DNA of 63,889 bases, filler included, from Octopus bimaculoides (GCF_001194135.2; 6 parts of 6 records of this genome joined end to end with filler, not necessarily neighbours in it), one strand, 5' to 3'; counted from the whole stretch's first letter, positions 25,228 to 37,981 are shown. The notes: generated by a model not told the origin, from the letters alone. Made by a program: numbers and translations.

Positions 25228-25620
25228 TGATTATTATTATTATTAATATCATTATTATTTACTTTTCATCTGCATGTTTGTTACAATCACTTGCCGAGAC
25301 ACACCCAGCGTCCTAGGGCAAGGGAAGGATAAAATATGTTACAGTATGACTGAAAGCTTGGAGAGGGAAAGTGGCAGGGGCAGTAGCGAAATATCTTCAT
25401 GTATTACAACACATATATTTAAATTGATAAGGTTTTTTTCTAAAGATGTCGGCAGTACTTTTCAGCACAATCTTTTGGATTTCTGTGAGATATGGTTCTC
25501 TTGGGATATTATCTAGATGCTTTTGACATCCCTTTCTTATTATATCTAGGGCACCAACAATAACAGGAACAGTTCTCGCTTTAAGATGCCACATCTTTTG
25601 TATTTCAAACATCTTTTGTA
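25228..25620 (-). mobile_element. R4/Dong-clade copy C: RLE C-terminus, 3' UTR and (TAA)n tail/target
   Basis: QKMWHLKARTVPVIVGALD...EIQKIVLKSTADIFRK (RLE end); flanked by tgattattattattattaat. Confidence 0.85.
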
Positions 25621-25789
25621 TTACAACAAAAGCCAACAACAACACTAGCAAGAACAATACCATCTCGACCACCAGTACCAGTGGCAGCAGCAAATCCACC
25701 ACTACCATCACCACCACTACCACCACCGCCATTACTAACACAAACATTAATACAACGGAAACAGCGGCCATTCTTCTTTCTAAACAAAG

Positions 25790-27100
25790 TGAAAATGGTT
25801 TTGCACAAGCGTGTCGTCGACTAGAGATAGTTGATGTTGCGGAAAAAATGTCGTGACGTCAAATGCATTTATCGAAGAATAGGAGTACGACATTTCTAAA
25901 CACGCCAAAGTAAATACAAGATATCAACCAAAAAACCAGGAGACTGGAGTGGACATGAAAAGTGCCTGAGACCAGTTTGAGGTATAAAAACTTATGTTGC
26001 CTATAGGAGACGCTTTGTCACGGTTAAGGGAGATTTCCAACTGACGAAAAAGTAAAAAGAAAAAGTGCATCAGCAACTCTCAACAAAAGTGAGGAATGTG
26101 GCTAATTCAGACATACCTCGGTGGTGAAAATAAAGATAGCAGAGGCACCAGTATAAGCGGGTATCTCTTTACAGATGGCAGTAGTATTGCACGGCTTAAA
26201 GAATAAAACAACAATTTTCGAAGACCACAAAATTAGAGAGTAAAATTAGTCAATGACGGGAGTGGAATTAGTGATAAAGACCGATCGGAGCCATCCCTTA
26301 CCTGATAAACATCTGCAATGGTACACAGCTATTCATAACAGTCGAAGACAGAAAGCTAAGATGCCACATTTGTGGCGAGACAAACCACTTAAATGTTTCC
26401 TACATCAAGCAAAGAAACGGTAAACCTTCGCTGCTGCAGACACTTCTAATACATCAGCATCAAATGCAGCATCACCACCAACAACAACACCAACAGCTCA
26501 GTGTCAAGAGCAACAGCATCCAAAACAACAGCATCAACAGAAGGAGTAGCAGGAAAAATCCGTTCAGCAACATCAGCAGCAAGCACCGATACCACAGCAG
26601 AGAAAAACAATAACTTCAACTACGCCATCACAAACGAGCAAAGCCTCACCCATACCAGGTGAACAGACAACCATCTTAGAAATGCGCAGCTGTGCAGACA
26701 CCTCCACCACACATGCACACAGATTTCTTCAGCTGTGAAAGCTCGTCCAGCGAGGGAAAAAGCTTGAGAAAACCACAAAAATGGATTCTGGTTAAGGGAA
26801 AAAGAATAAAATTACAAAATTAAAAGCACGGTAGAAGATTAAAAACGAAGAGATTAGAGGAGGAGAAACAAAAACCAACAAGTCATCATAAGCCCACACA
26901 CTCCACACCTGCACAACTACAAATATCTCCAACATCACAAAGACCTCAACAAACGAAAACACATAGCAATCCACACAAACAAAATGAACAGCACTCCCAA
27001 GGCATCACTAATTACATTGCCGTATACACAAATAACAACAAAGATAAAACATTTTGAATAAAACATATTCAAAAATACACAAACATTACTCTAAATAATT
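25790..27100 (+). pseudogene. Degenerate Tx1-like ORF1 (gag-like, zinc knuckle, Q/T-rich tail)
   Basis: Frameshifted translation includes TGVELVIKT and TVEDRKLRCHICGETNHL, aligning with EMVIKAS and VVDGRKPRCFKFGQKGH at 38184-38465. Confidence 0.7.
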
Positions 27101-27103
27101 ACA

Positions 27104-30100
27104 TCGCACCCGCGCATAACACCCTGTCTATGTTATAATTGCGCTGTTTACATTTCTCTGTGTGTCTGTCAAAATTTTGTCAACAAACTCCTCCGCAACC
27201 ACTGGATAGATTTCGACCAATTTTGGCATGCGGAGCCATGGGTACCGGGAGAGTGTCAACATCTATATGAGATTCACGAAAATTAACCTGTCCGGGTTCT
27301 AGTCTGGTAAAATCCTACAAAACGAATTACCCCTCTCTCACTATTCAGTGACTCTCCTACTATTCCACATGCTTACTACCTCTTTCTCTTATTGAGAGCT
27401 GTAGTGTGAGGAGTTGTAATTGACAGAATTGCAGAGAATGTTACCTCTCATAACTCCCTCTTAACCAACTGCACTCTTTCCATGTCTCCTTTGGTGCTCC
27501 TTTGATGTTTCTTTCACATATATATATATATATATATATATATTACGTATTGAACTCACTCTCTCATACAATAATACCTCTCATAATTCTCTCTCTTTCA
27601 CACACATATTTACTACTTCTCTTACTTCTTTCTAATGTTTCTATCGGTGTCATTTTGAAAAAGAAAAATAGAAAGAAATATTGTCAGTCTTCGGGGAAAA
27701 TTACAATTACACCATACTCGCTAAACACTATCTTAAACTGCAATTTTTATGTTATTGAATTGCTCTAAACGAATTTGACCATCAAAATGTTAGAAATTTA
27801 GTATCTTGTAAGACATTAATAAAATTTGTGGGACCTATTTTCATGCCGTCGACCGTCGAAGCTATTCTTATGTCTGTTTACGTCGTTGCATGTATGAATA
27901 TGTTATTGAATGTACTGTTGACTGATATTTCACGCATGCGTAGAATTCTGAAATAGCAAGCGTAAAAAGTATGAAAATTTCGGAAACTTTACGCATTCGA
28001 CTGCATGAAAATAGATTCGACTAATTTTATTATTACCTTAAAAAATACTAAATGTCCAACATTTTTACGGTCAAATTCGTTTAGAGTAATTCAACAACAT
28101 AAAAATCGCACTTTAAAATATTATTTAGCGAGAGTCGTGTAATTGTAAATGAATACCTAAGGTAAATATTTACAATTAATACTGTGAAAACTTCCCGTTC
28201 ACAGAAATTAGCTCAAATACTAGCTGAATCGTCTCAAAACTGTCACTGTATAATTGTCATAAATACTCACGCTTTCAACAGTACATTATGCCCAGAAAAA
28301 GAAAGGGCAACAACCTGTCCCGAAAAAATTCCCGCTCACAAAAGATTGCTGAGCAAAGACAACAGACGTTAATTGAAGAAAACAGACAAGGACCTAGCTC
28401 TTCTCAGTGTCACGGAATAAAGCGAAGGAGAATGCAAGAAATCGTGCAATGGAAACGCCAGAAGAAACAGACGCACAGAGAAATGCAGGTCATCTGAGGA
28501 GACAGGAAACTCGTACAATGGAAAGACCAGAAAATTCAGAAGCACGGAGGAAAGCGAATCGGATGAGAATACAGGAAACCTGTGCAGTGGAAAGACCAGA
28601 AAAAAGAGAAGTACGGAGAAATATGAATCAGCTGAGAACACAGAAAAGCACGAACAAATATTGATCGGCTGAGCAAACAGGACTCTAGAGAAAACACGTC
28701 GCTGCCGTAAATTCAGCAGCGACAAGCAAACAACCAGGCAAAGATCTGACACTGAGAGAATGGCTATGGAAGTTGATGTGGCAGATTTTCATGAGAAAGA
28801 ACGAAACCCAAGCCTTATGTTGCACTACTGAGAAAACATTTTTAACAGAATATGTCATGGCTGCAAAGCTTACCTTTGGAGTGCTGAGAAAACTACCCTC
28901 TGCTGTGGCAAAGGAAAAATTAGCAATGACAAAGTTCCACAGATAAAAGAGCCCCCAGAATTCATAGCTAAGTACTATGATGTTAATCTATGCAGTTAAA
29001 TGTTTCTGAACAAAATTTGTGACTACAATAATCTACTGGCTATGGCTTCATTTGGACTGGATAATCCACCAGTTGGACCACAGGGTGGTAGCACTTTTAA
29101 GCCTACTTCCAAGATTCAAGGAAAGTTGCATCACCGCATAGGAAGTCTCTTACCAGCAGTAAATAGGAAGCCAGTCTATGCACAGCTATATTTCGTTGAC
29201 ACTGAAAATGAGATGAGAAACAGGTTGTCATTCAGAGGAGCTGACAATGACCTTAATGAGAACATCCTGCTAGACTTGCAGAGAGCACTGCATATGCACA
29301 ATCCATATGTCAAAAGTTTTAAACAGGATATTGATATAATTAAGGAATACTCTGCACCAGGAAAATGTTCTACCGGTGATATCATTATAAGTCATCACAA
29401 ACAGCTGATTCCTGCTGGGTCACATGAGAGAGCCTATAATCCACCGGCTGCATCAGAAGTTGCTATGATGTGATGATGGTGGGAGATGACACCAATAATC
29501 CAAACGTTAAACCTGCAGATGTTGTATGCAGTACAGAGAGAGCAATGGGAAATTAGACTACATTGTCAAATCCACAGAACCTATGACCCTCTTCATTATA
29601 TACTTCTGTTTCCCTATGGGGAAGATGGCTGGAATGTGCTCTTGAAAGACAATGACCGAAGCAAAAATATCACTGAATGTGACTTTTATTCTTATCAGTT
29701 TCAGGTAAGAAAGTATGTATGAGTTCAATAGCCTAATGAAAAGTAGACATCTGATGCAACATTATGTAGTAGATCATATGCAAAGATAAAGCAAGATCGA
29801 TTACACTTCCTGAGAACTCAGGAAACAGCTTAAGGCTAAAAAGTACCAGGGCTTTCTGGATGCTATTGCAAATGGTGACATGAATGACGTATTGTCTAAA
29901 ATCATTCTTTCGCCATCACATACTGGTTCTCGGTTTTACAGGGAGTGTTTCCAAGCTGGAATGGCTCTGGTTAGAGGGTTTGGAAAGCCACACTATTTCA
30001 TCACTATGACAACCAACCCAAAGTGGACTGAGATAATGGAAGCCCTGTTTGGTTCTGGGAACGATGAGCATATATTGGCTTTGGTTCTGGAAATAATATG

Positions 30101-30281
30101 CATATTTTGGCTTTGGACTCAGGGTATAAGAATATGAAAGGAATCTACAATGACAACGTTGTCTATAAGGAAATTCTTTAAGAAAATTGGAGTAGGTTTC
30201 ACTTTTTACTTTCAAACTATGAACAGGAATTTAGATATGTACTAGCTGAATTGACCGCCCGGCGGGCGGTTATTCAGCTAC
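27104..30281 (+). mobile_element. Internally deleted Helitron (RepHel N-terminus fused to helicase C-terminal tip)
   Basis: ETPEE/ERPE charged repeats, CHGC...CCGKGK, IQGKLHHRIGSLLP...YAQLYFVD, YDPLHYILLFPYGEDGW, GKPHYFITMTTNPKW; then NVVYKEIL* (30155-30181); 3' GC hairpin and CTAC|T at 30281. The 5' TC is at 27104 or 27127 (uncertain). Confidence 0.9.
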
Positions 30282-30492
30282 TTCAAATAAAAATTATAAA
30301 AACAACGCAACAAACTTACAAATAAAATTGAAGGTAAAATATCTCAAAGCAATGAATGGTTTTCGTAGAATCATAAAGAAAAGACTCTACAAAGAAATGC
30401 ATGTGGAAACATCCACAAATAGTCTGAAGGACAGAACACCTGTCTCTCTCCGTAAAAGAGTGATTCTTTCAATATCCTTCTCTCTGAAAAAC

Positions 30493-33310
30493 ATGGCCTT
30501 CCTCAGAATAGGCAGTATAACTTCATGTGACCAGGATCGCTTTGGAAATAGGGCCACCTACCCAATGACTTCAGGTCACTAAGTATAGATGTCGTGGCTA
30601 TCAGTGAGATCAGATTTTCCAAATGACAAGCTTCCATACCCATTTTCGGTGGCTGCGAAATTTACTAATCTCCATGTAAACTGGAATTCGTGGGGTGGAA
30701 CTATAATGTTAATCCGGAAAGGTTTGGATCTCAAAATAAAGGCCACCTCTCTGGACCCAGAAAGTAAGTTGATAGACTGGTTGCTGTTTATGTTCCAGCA
30801 AGGGCAAGACAAATGGATTTCTTCAGATATCTGGAGGTCTTCCTGGGAACGTCTCGACTTTTAGTGCTAATGGGTGACTAGAATACTATCTTGGACGCAC
30901 GTTTAGATTTTATGGAGCTCGCTGTTAGACGGGTGGGGTGCAAAAGCTCAAACGTTTTCAACTGTCTCACAGGTACTAACTGGATTTCCCGAATATGCCA
31001 GTGTAGACATGGACAAACCGCATCGCGTTATCTATGTCGTATTTAGGTCGTATCTAGTAGAAAAGGACAGTATAAGTTGTCCGCTTTTTAAAATCGTCGA
31101 CAACTCAGACCACAAATTTGTGATTTGCACGATAGGATTCGTAGGCAGGGACCTAGTGGGCGTTGATGGGTAAATCGTCAACAACAAATGGTGGTTTACT
31201 TCTTTAGGCGTTAGTGATTGAAAGAAATAGAATAGAGAGACACTTAAAAACTTAGAAGAGGCACTTAAGAAATGCATCGCAACAGACGTGCTCACTGTGA
31301 AATTGGCCTTGGATCAGTTCTTCAACGCTAAGTATGAAGGATGCATTGTCAGAGCTAAGGTGCGTGTTTTAAGAAACGAGAAAACAGAAGCTGCTCGATA
31401 GGCCCGAGTGGCAGAGGCGCAGCGTAACAACAAAACCACAGATTTCGAAATTTTGACCAATGTGTTGGTTAAGAGGTTGACGTTTTTCTTCGGGGTAATG
31501 CCCCTTCTCCACCAGATCCATCCACAGCAACCCCCACCTCATGCCATACATCATAGATAGGTGGGTAAAGAAAGGTAACGAAGCTGATACAGGTAGAGCC
31601 AACAACGATTTCAATCAATCAAAAGATTTCGATATGACCGACTACCAATATGTGACGGCTGTTCTCACGGCGGCCGGTTTCAGTCCCGTTTTCCGTGGCT
31701 AGATTGCTTCAAAGCATGTCAACATCTACTCGGTAGTTCGGGTGAATGGTTACTTATCGGATCCATTCAACACCATGGGTTCGGTCCGTCAAGAATGTTC
31801 CTTCAGTATGTACCGGCTCTAAAGCCACTACTACGGAAACTGGAGACGTTGAGAGGCATCCTGCGCGAAGTATGATATGAGAGAACCGTATCAGCATATG
31901 CAGGCAACGTCACCGTCATAGTGTCGAACACCAGGCACATAGATTTGATCATCACAGCTCAGGCGGTGACAGGAGTAAAAATTAACCAAAAAAAGTCAGT
32001 GAGCCTGCAGCTCGGTATCTGGAGAAGTAGGTCCATGCTGTCCAATATTGTGGTGGAACACTGGGCGGAGGGACCGGTTAAATTGCTTGGGATCTGGTTT
32101 GGCCCGGATCACCAGGTTGAGAAGAACTAGGACAAGGTGACATGCAGAGTGGTCGATCTCACTCAGAAATGGGCTAAGTGAAAGCTCTCTCTGAAAGGTC
32201 GGGAAGAAATGGCGAATGAATACATCGCTTCTGTTAAATATTCCCGCTTGACCGTCGTGCTTTGCCCTGACCAAAATGGGGCGCGGACTCTTCCGCTTTT
32301 TGTTGAAGGGATGCGTTCCACTGGCCAGGCGCTCCATTTGTTAACATCCGCTGAATGGAGGACTGGTCATGCCGTGGCTGCTGATGCACAGACATGCGCT
32401 CAGGCTACATTTCCCGGGCTTTCTTGACGGTGAGTAGGTGTGGTGGCCAATTGTCAGACTAGCTTTTCCGCAACTCGTGTCTTTGACTGAGCTGCAGTCC
32501 TAGATCAAGCGTAGATCGAGGAAGGCGCCTGACACCTAGAGTGTTGTGGGGTGCTCATGGTCTTCTATCAGTCGGCCAATGCGGTCGGTGGAAGTTCCAC
32601 TTCGGCGTTCTAAAGAGGGTTAGTGGAGACTCTCGGCATCGGACGACTTTCGGACCAGGACCCATGGATAATTTCTAGAAATCCCTGGCCTGGCAGTGTT
32701 AAACTCTAAAAGCTATGAAACTTTTATGCACACACTCATCCAGTTCCCGAACACTGCTGACTTGTGAATCTATGTCGAACATTTATCGGTTATCAGTTGA
32801 GTCCTTTGGGAAGATCGTCCTGCCGACTTCTTTTGAGCGGGAAGTGCAAGCAGTGTTTATTTGTCTGGTGGCCTTAGCGAAAGAGGTTGGGGTGAACCAG
32901 ATTGCAAGAGATGAAGGCATACTTTCCTCTTTGGCCAAGCCTCCATCAACTTTCAAGTTTCACTTTAAAAAGACGATGGAGGTAGAGAGGAAGGCGCTGC
33001 CTCCTAGAAATTTTGTTGAAAGGTGGATGAATGTGACGAGAATGGTCCAGGTATGCGCACGTAGATTCAAGGAAGATGATGTGGAGAGGGCACTTACTCT
33101 AGTGGTTAGAGTGACTGTGGTTTTGTGGAGTTTCTACAAGCATCCTTAGGAAGTCTCCCTCTTTTGGGGAATTTTTCGTTGTTAAAATTCATATTGTTAC
33201 TGCTTTTACTTTTTACACGCTTCTTGTAACCCCACATTGTATTTTCCAGTACTGTCCCCAAAGGTTTTTGTGGACCCTTTGTGGTAAAGAATATCATTAT
33301 TAAATTATTA
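30493..33310 (+). mobile_element. Tx1/L1-clade LINE ORF2 (APE endonuclease plus RT), degenerate, with 3' UTR and (ATT)n end
   Basis: MAFLRIGS...NDFRSLSIDVVAISE, LMGD*NTILD, SDHKFVI, AYAGNVTV (YADD equivalent), VKLLGIWFG, C-terminal FKFHFKKTMEVERKAL...FVERWMNV. Confidence 0.88.
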
Positions 33311-33334
33311 TTAGCATTCAATGCAGATGAATAG

Positions 33335-33690
33335 AACATGTTCGAATGAACAATGACCGAATTCCGAAAATTCTTATGTATGGCCAACAAATAGAGGGAT
33401 ATCGCGACAAAGGAAGACCTGTCCTTAGGTGTACAGATAAGCTGAAGCAATCACTAAAATTTCTATAGGTTAACCTGATCTTGGGAAAGTCAATGCCTAG
33501 ATCGATCTGCATGGCGTAAAATGTCTCACGATGCAACAAAACAAATTGAGTTGAAGAAAAAGAACAATCAACAAACACACTTGCCCAATCTCAGGCAAAA
33601 TCAAAATCATCAATGTCCCAATTGCGACTTCATAACAAAATCTATACCTAGACTCAAATTACATTCACGCATCCATCACAAATAAATGCA
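33335..33690 (+). mobile_element. RTE (BovB-like) extreme 3' fragment
   Basis: RIPKILMYGQQIEGYRDKGRP; terminal segment nearly collinear with 6340-6450. Confidence 0.85.
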
Positions 33691-34601
33691 GCTTGTTTGT
33701 TTGTTTTGAGTTTTTTTTATTACTCTTTAACTTTAAGTCCTCTCCTTCAAACAAACATACGTCGAAACCAACAGGAGCAACGATCATCATCATCATCATC
33801 ATCAATTATTATTATTATTATTATTATAAGCATTGTCATGTCACTAAAAAATTGGTCTTTACGCAGCTTTGGCAATGATGTCTGATATTTTTCCTTGCAA
33901 ACGATCTTTTAACCGAAATTCGGAAGTGTAAGTTTTCAATGTAAGATTTTTGTAAAAGATCTCTCAATGAAGAGATGTCAACAGCCTCCCCAGAAAGAAT
34001 AAGAGGGTTGAGTATAAACAATTATATTTAACCAGAACAGGGCTAGTATTTTAGCTAAAAACTCCAGAGTGGAATGCTGAAAGCAAAGCTGAGCCGGCGG
34101 AATATGAACCCCTAACAAGGGACATGTCTAAATACCATTGTGTTTTCTAGTACCCACAACGAAAGGCAACCACGTCGGGTGTTTTATCACTTTGGACAAA
34201 ACATGTAAAAATAATCTCATCAGAATGCATGCGTGGCTCTGCAAAATGTAAACGAAGAAACTGAATGGTCGATTGTCAAATCTGTGTGCCCACTTTAGCT
34301 TGGATTACAAGCCCCCACTTTAGCTTAGGTTACAAAATAGTTTCTAAAGCCAAAGCCTGACACCTGATAAATTTAACCTGTCCAGCGTCCAACGACGCTG
34401 TTGGTGCTCTAATTCATGTATTTCCCTCGATAAGTGTTTATACAAAATTGTTTTTCTTTACTGTTTGGTCTAAAAGGTGTTACTGTATATTAAGCGTCTC
34501 TTTTCTCTGTTTCAGTCAGTTTATATGTTTCTCTGCCTGATTTAAATGTTCGTATTTTTTCTCAAATGGAATGACATCAAACACAATTGTGACTTTGATA
34601 A

Positions 34602-36808
34602 CACTGGTCTGCATTTGGGAATTTTTTTTATTATTTTTATTCAAGGATGTGATGTTAAATATTCTTGAGGTGCTGATTTTAAATATCTGAACCATTTTGC
34701 TTCGTCACACAAGGATGTTGAATAAAATACAAATTATTAATAATAAAAAATGTGAATTTTTAATAAATCGTTACTTTATTAAAATGAAGCAAGTAATTAA
34801 AGAAAGGCACATTCTGTAAGTTGTAAGTACATATGTTTTCCAAATCAACAGGAAATTAACCACGTTCATCATGAAATGAATCAGAATTATCAACATCAAA
34901 CCAAATGAATGTAAAAAAATATGCTCCTAATGGTTAGCCTACATATTGATTCAAAGGACCGAGGACCGCTTTGATTTCCGCTTGTGATGCGCATCGAGAC
35001 CATCACGTTTCAATGACTAGCAGTAATCCACCATGCTGACATTCCATTTGCCCTGGTATCGAGTTTCCATGGTGCAAATGTCTTGATGGAAACGCTCTCT
35101 TTGTTCCTCACTGTAGTCCCTACAATTCTTGGGAAAATAGTCAAGATGCGAGTGCAAAAATGCATCTTCACACTCATTCTAGACCCAAATTGTTGGAAAC
35201 TTGAAATCAGGTCTCGGATCATTTTTTTTTTTTCATATTCTGGGGAGCGGCTGTTTCCCAAGAAGTTTTGGACACTCTTCTTGAAGGAAAACCAGGCATT
35301 CACTTCGATACCTGCTAGTGCTTCCTCAAAATGCTTGTCCCGCATCAATTACCGAATCTGAAGGCCAACAAAGATTCTTGTTTTTAGCTTGCTTTTAGCT
35401 TGCTTTCACTTATACGAGGAAACTTCGACTCCAGGTACTTGAAAGCAGCTCCAGTCTTGTTCAAGGCCTTCACAAAATATTTCATAAGCCCTAATTTGAT
35501 GTGGAGTGGTGGCAGCAGAATTTTTGGGGTGTCAACTAGTGGCACAGCTTTCACGTTTGATTTCGGGGTAAGAAGCTGGTTCTTGGTAGCCAGTCATTTT
35601 GTTCATAGTGCTGGCTGTCTGCCTTACTATCCCAAAGACACAGTAACAGAGATACTTAGTGTACCCCCCCCCCCTGAAGACCTAGTAGGAGAGCAATAAC
35701 TTTTAAATCACCACAAATGAGAAAATTGTGACTATGGTACTTGATTGCAGTTATTATTGTCTTCATATTTTCGTAAGTTTCTGGCATTTGGACATTATGG
35801 CCAATTGGCACAGATGCAGCTGTGTTGCCACTGTAGAGAAGAACAGCCTCTAAACTTCTGTTAGAAGAATCAATGAAGAGCCTCCGTTCATCTGCTTTGT
35901 ACGACATCATGTGTTCAATAAGGCCAGAAATATTTAAACAGAAAACTAAAGAATCCTCTTTCTCAAAGAACTGAGTGAATTCTGCTTCATGATGACGGTA
36001 CCAAGCGAATGTTGTTCCAGGAGCTAGAAGCTTGTAGTATTCCTGCAGTCTAGAGCCAAGTAACTGTGCACTTTCTTTTGGAAGGTTAAGGTCTCTAACC
36101 AAGTCATTGAGTTCAACTTGGTTGAATAATTTGGGATCGTCATTTGTTGGTGGCTCATAGTCTACTTCCATCTCATTAGTATCACCAGTATCAGACTCTG
36201 ATGAAATTTCCTGTGTCCCAGGTGGCACAGGTACAGGAATACCATCTGAGTGTGGAACAGGCCTTATTGCTGAAGGAATATTTGGGTATATTATGCGATC
36301 TTTCGTCTTCTTGTTGAATCCAAAGTAGCAGTGGTTCATCTGCTGTCATACCATTGGTACTCCAAAGAGCATACATTTAAGTTTTCCAACTGACCACATT
36401 TGAAGCTTACTGATGCAACTCTTGCAAGCTTTGTGATGTGCAAATGGCTTGTCCTAGTCTCCCAATTTGCAGCCAAAATAAGCTAAATAGCAGCACTTCA
36501 ACGAAGGAGTAATATTGCTCCGGGAATCTGAAGGGGTGAATTGCCCGCAGACATAGCAGAATATATCTGGTGAATTGATGCAGTTTCTAGACATATTCAC
36601 TGACTGAAAATAAAAATATATATATTAGATATTTAAGTCAATATTTAATTTATCATTAACTTATACAAAAAGAGAAAAGTAACGTCTGCGTATAACTTGA
36701 CAACCTGATGTGATAGAGATGAATAAAAAACACAATGACTTATTGTGTTTCATATATATTCAGAAAAAGATGCCATACAGCCAATAAAAGAAATCATACA
36801 GACCAGTG
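34602..36808 (-). mobile_element. Chapaev3-type (CMC superfamily) DNA transposon, full length
   Basis: TIR CACTGGTCTG at 34602-34611 and CAGACCAGTG at 36799-36808; 3-bp TSD TAA (34599-34601, 36809-36811); transposase inside. The family name comes from recalled motifs plus CAC ends and a TWA TSD. Confidence 0.8.
34951..36594 (-). pseudogene. Chapaev3-like transposase with a few frameshifts
   Basis: MSRNCINSPDIFCYVCGQF, YFGCKLGD, QVELNDLVRDLNLPKESAQLLGSRL, RLFIDSSNRSLEAVLL, ICGDLKVIALLLGLQGG (frameshift in poly-G near 35670), VQNFLGN, MSVKMHF. Confidence 0.85.
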
Positions 36809-37981
36809 TAATAGAAGTAATTTTGGGTGGCGTTTAACACTGTTGAGTGTTAGACTCGTCGTTATTATTGTCACTATTACTTCTTATTTGGCTGTTGATG
36901 ATGATGATGATGATGATGATGGCAGTGACGGCAGTAATGATATTCATGGTGGTGGTGGTGGTGGTGGTAGTGTTGACAATGCACGGCTTGTCTCTGTTAC
37001 TGCTGCTGATTATTATTATTGTTATTATTTTGAGCTTCTTNNNNNNNNNNNNNNNNNNNNNNNNNNNNNNNNNNNNNNNNNNNNNNNNNNNNNNNNNNNN
37101 NNNNNNNNNNNNNNNNNNNNNNNNNNNNNNNNNNNNNNNNNNNNNNNNNNNNNNNNNNNNNNNNNNNNNNNNNNNNNNNNNNNNNNNNNNNNNNNNNNNN
37201 NNNNNNNNNNNNNNNNNNNNNNNNNNNNNNNNNNNNNNNNNNNNNNNNNNNNNNNNNNNNNNNNNNNNNNNNNNNNNNNNNNNNNNNNNNNNNNNNNNNN
37301 NNNNNNNNNNNNNNNNNNNNNNNNNNNNNNNNNNNNNNNNNNNNNNNNNNNNNNNNNNNNNNNNNNNNNNNNNNNNNNNNNNNNNNNNNNNNNNNNNNNN
37401 NNNNNNNNNNNNNNNNNNNNNNNNNNNNNNNNNNNNNNNNNNNNNNNNNNNNNNNNNNNNNNNNNNNNNNNNNNNNNNNNNNNNNNNNNNNNNNNNNNNN
37501 NNNNNNNNNNNNNNNNNNNNNNNNNNNNNNNNNNNNNNNNNNNNNNNNNNNNNNNNNNNNNNNNNNNNNNNNNNNNNNNNNNNNNNNNNNNNNNNNNNNN
37601 NNNNNNNNNNNNNNNNNNNNNNNNNNNNNNNNNNNNNNNNNNNNNNNNNNNNNNNNNNNNNNNNNNNNNNNNNNNNNNNNNNNNNNNNNNNNNNNNNNNN
37701 NNNNNNNNNNNNNNNNNNNNNNNNNNNNNNNNNNNNNNNNNNNNNNNNNNNNNNNNNNNNNNNNNNNNNNNNNNNNNNNNNNNNNNNNNNNNNNNNNNNN
37801 NNNNNNNNNNNNNNNNNNNNNNNNNNNNNNNNNNNNNNNNNNNNNNNNNNNNNNNNNNNNNNNNNNNNNNNNNNNNNNNNNNNNNNNNNNNNNNNNNNNN
37901 NNNNNNNNNNNNNNNNNNNNNNNNNNNNNNNNNNNNNNNNNNNNNNNNNNNNNNNNNNNNNNNNNNNNNNNNNNNNNNNNN

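Noticed and set aside
28288-30181. Intact RepHel or a viral Rep gene
   Set aside because: Multiple stops and frameshifts; HUH/Y motifs and the helicase core are deleted; the ends are Helitron-type.
33836-34021. ORF ending HHCQSC as a host zinc-finger exon
   Set aside because: No complete ligand pattern or good splice sites; another minus frame gives ...PIF**HDNA, which hints at a decayed mariner, too weak to annotate.
36880-37040. Poly-Asp/Gly/Met coding stretch (also 25620-25740)
   Set aside because: Compound trinucleotide microsatellites (GAT, GGT, ATT, CAC) with no flanking coding signal.
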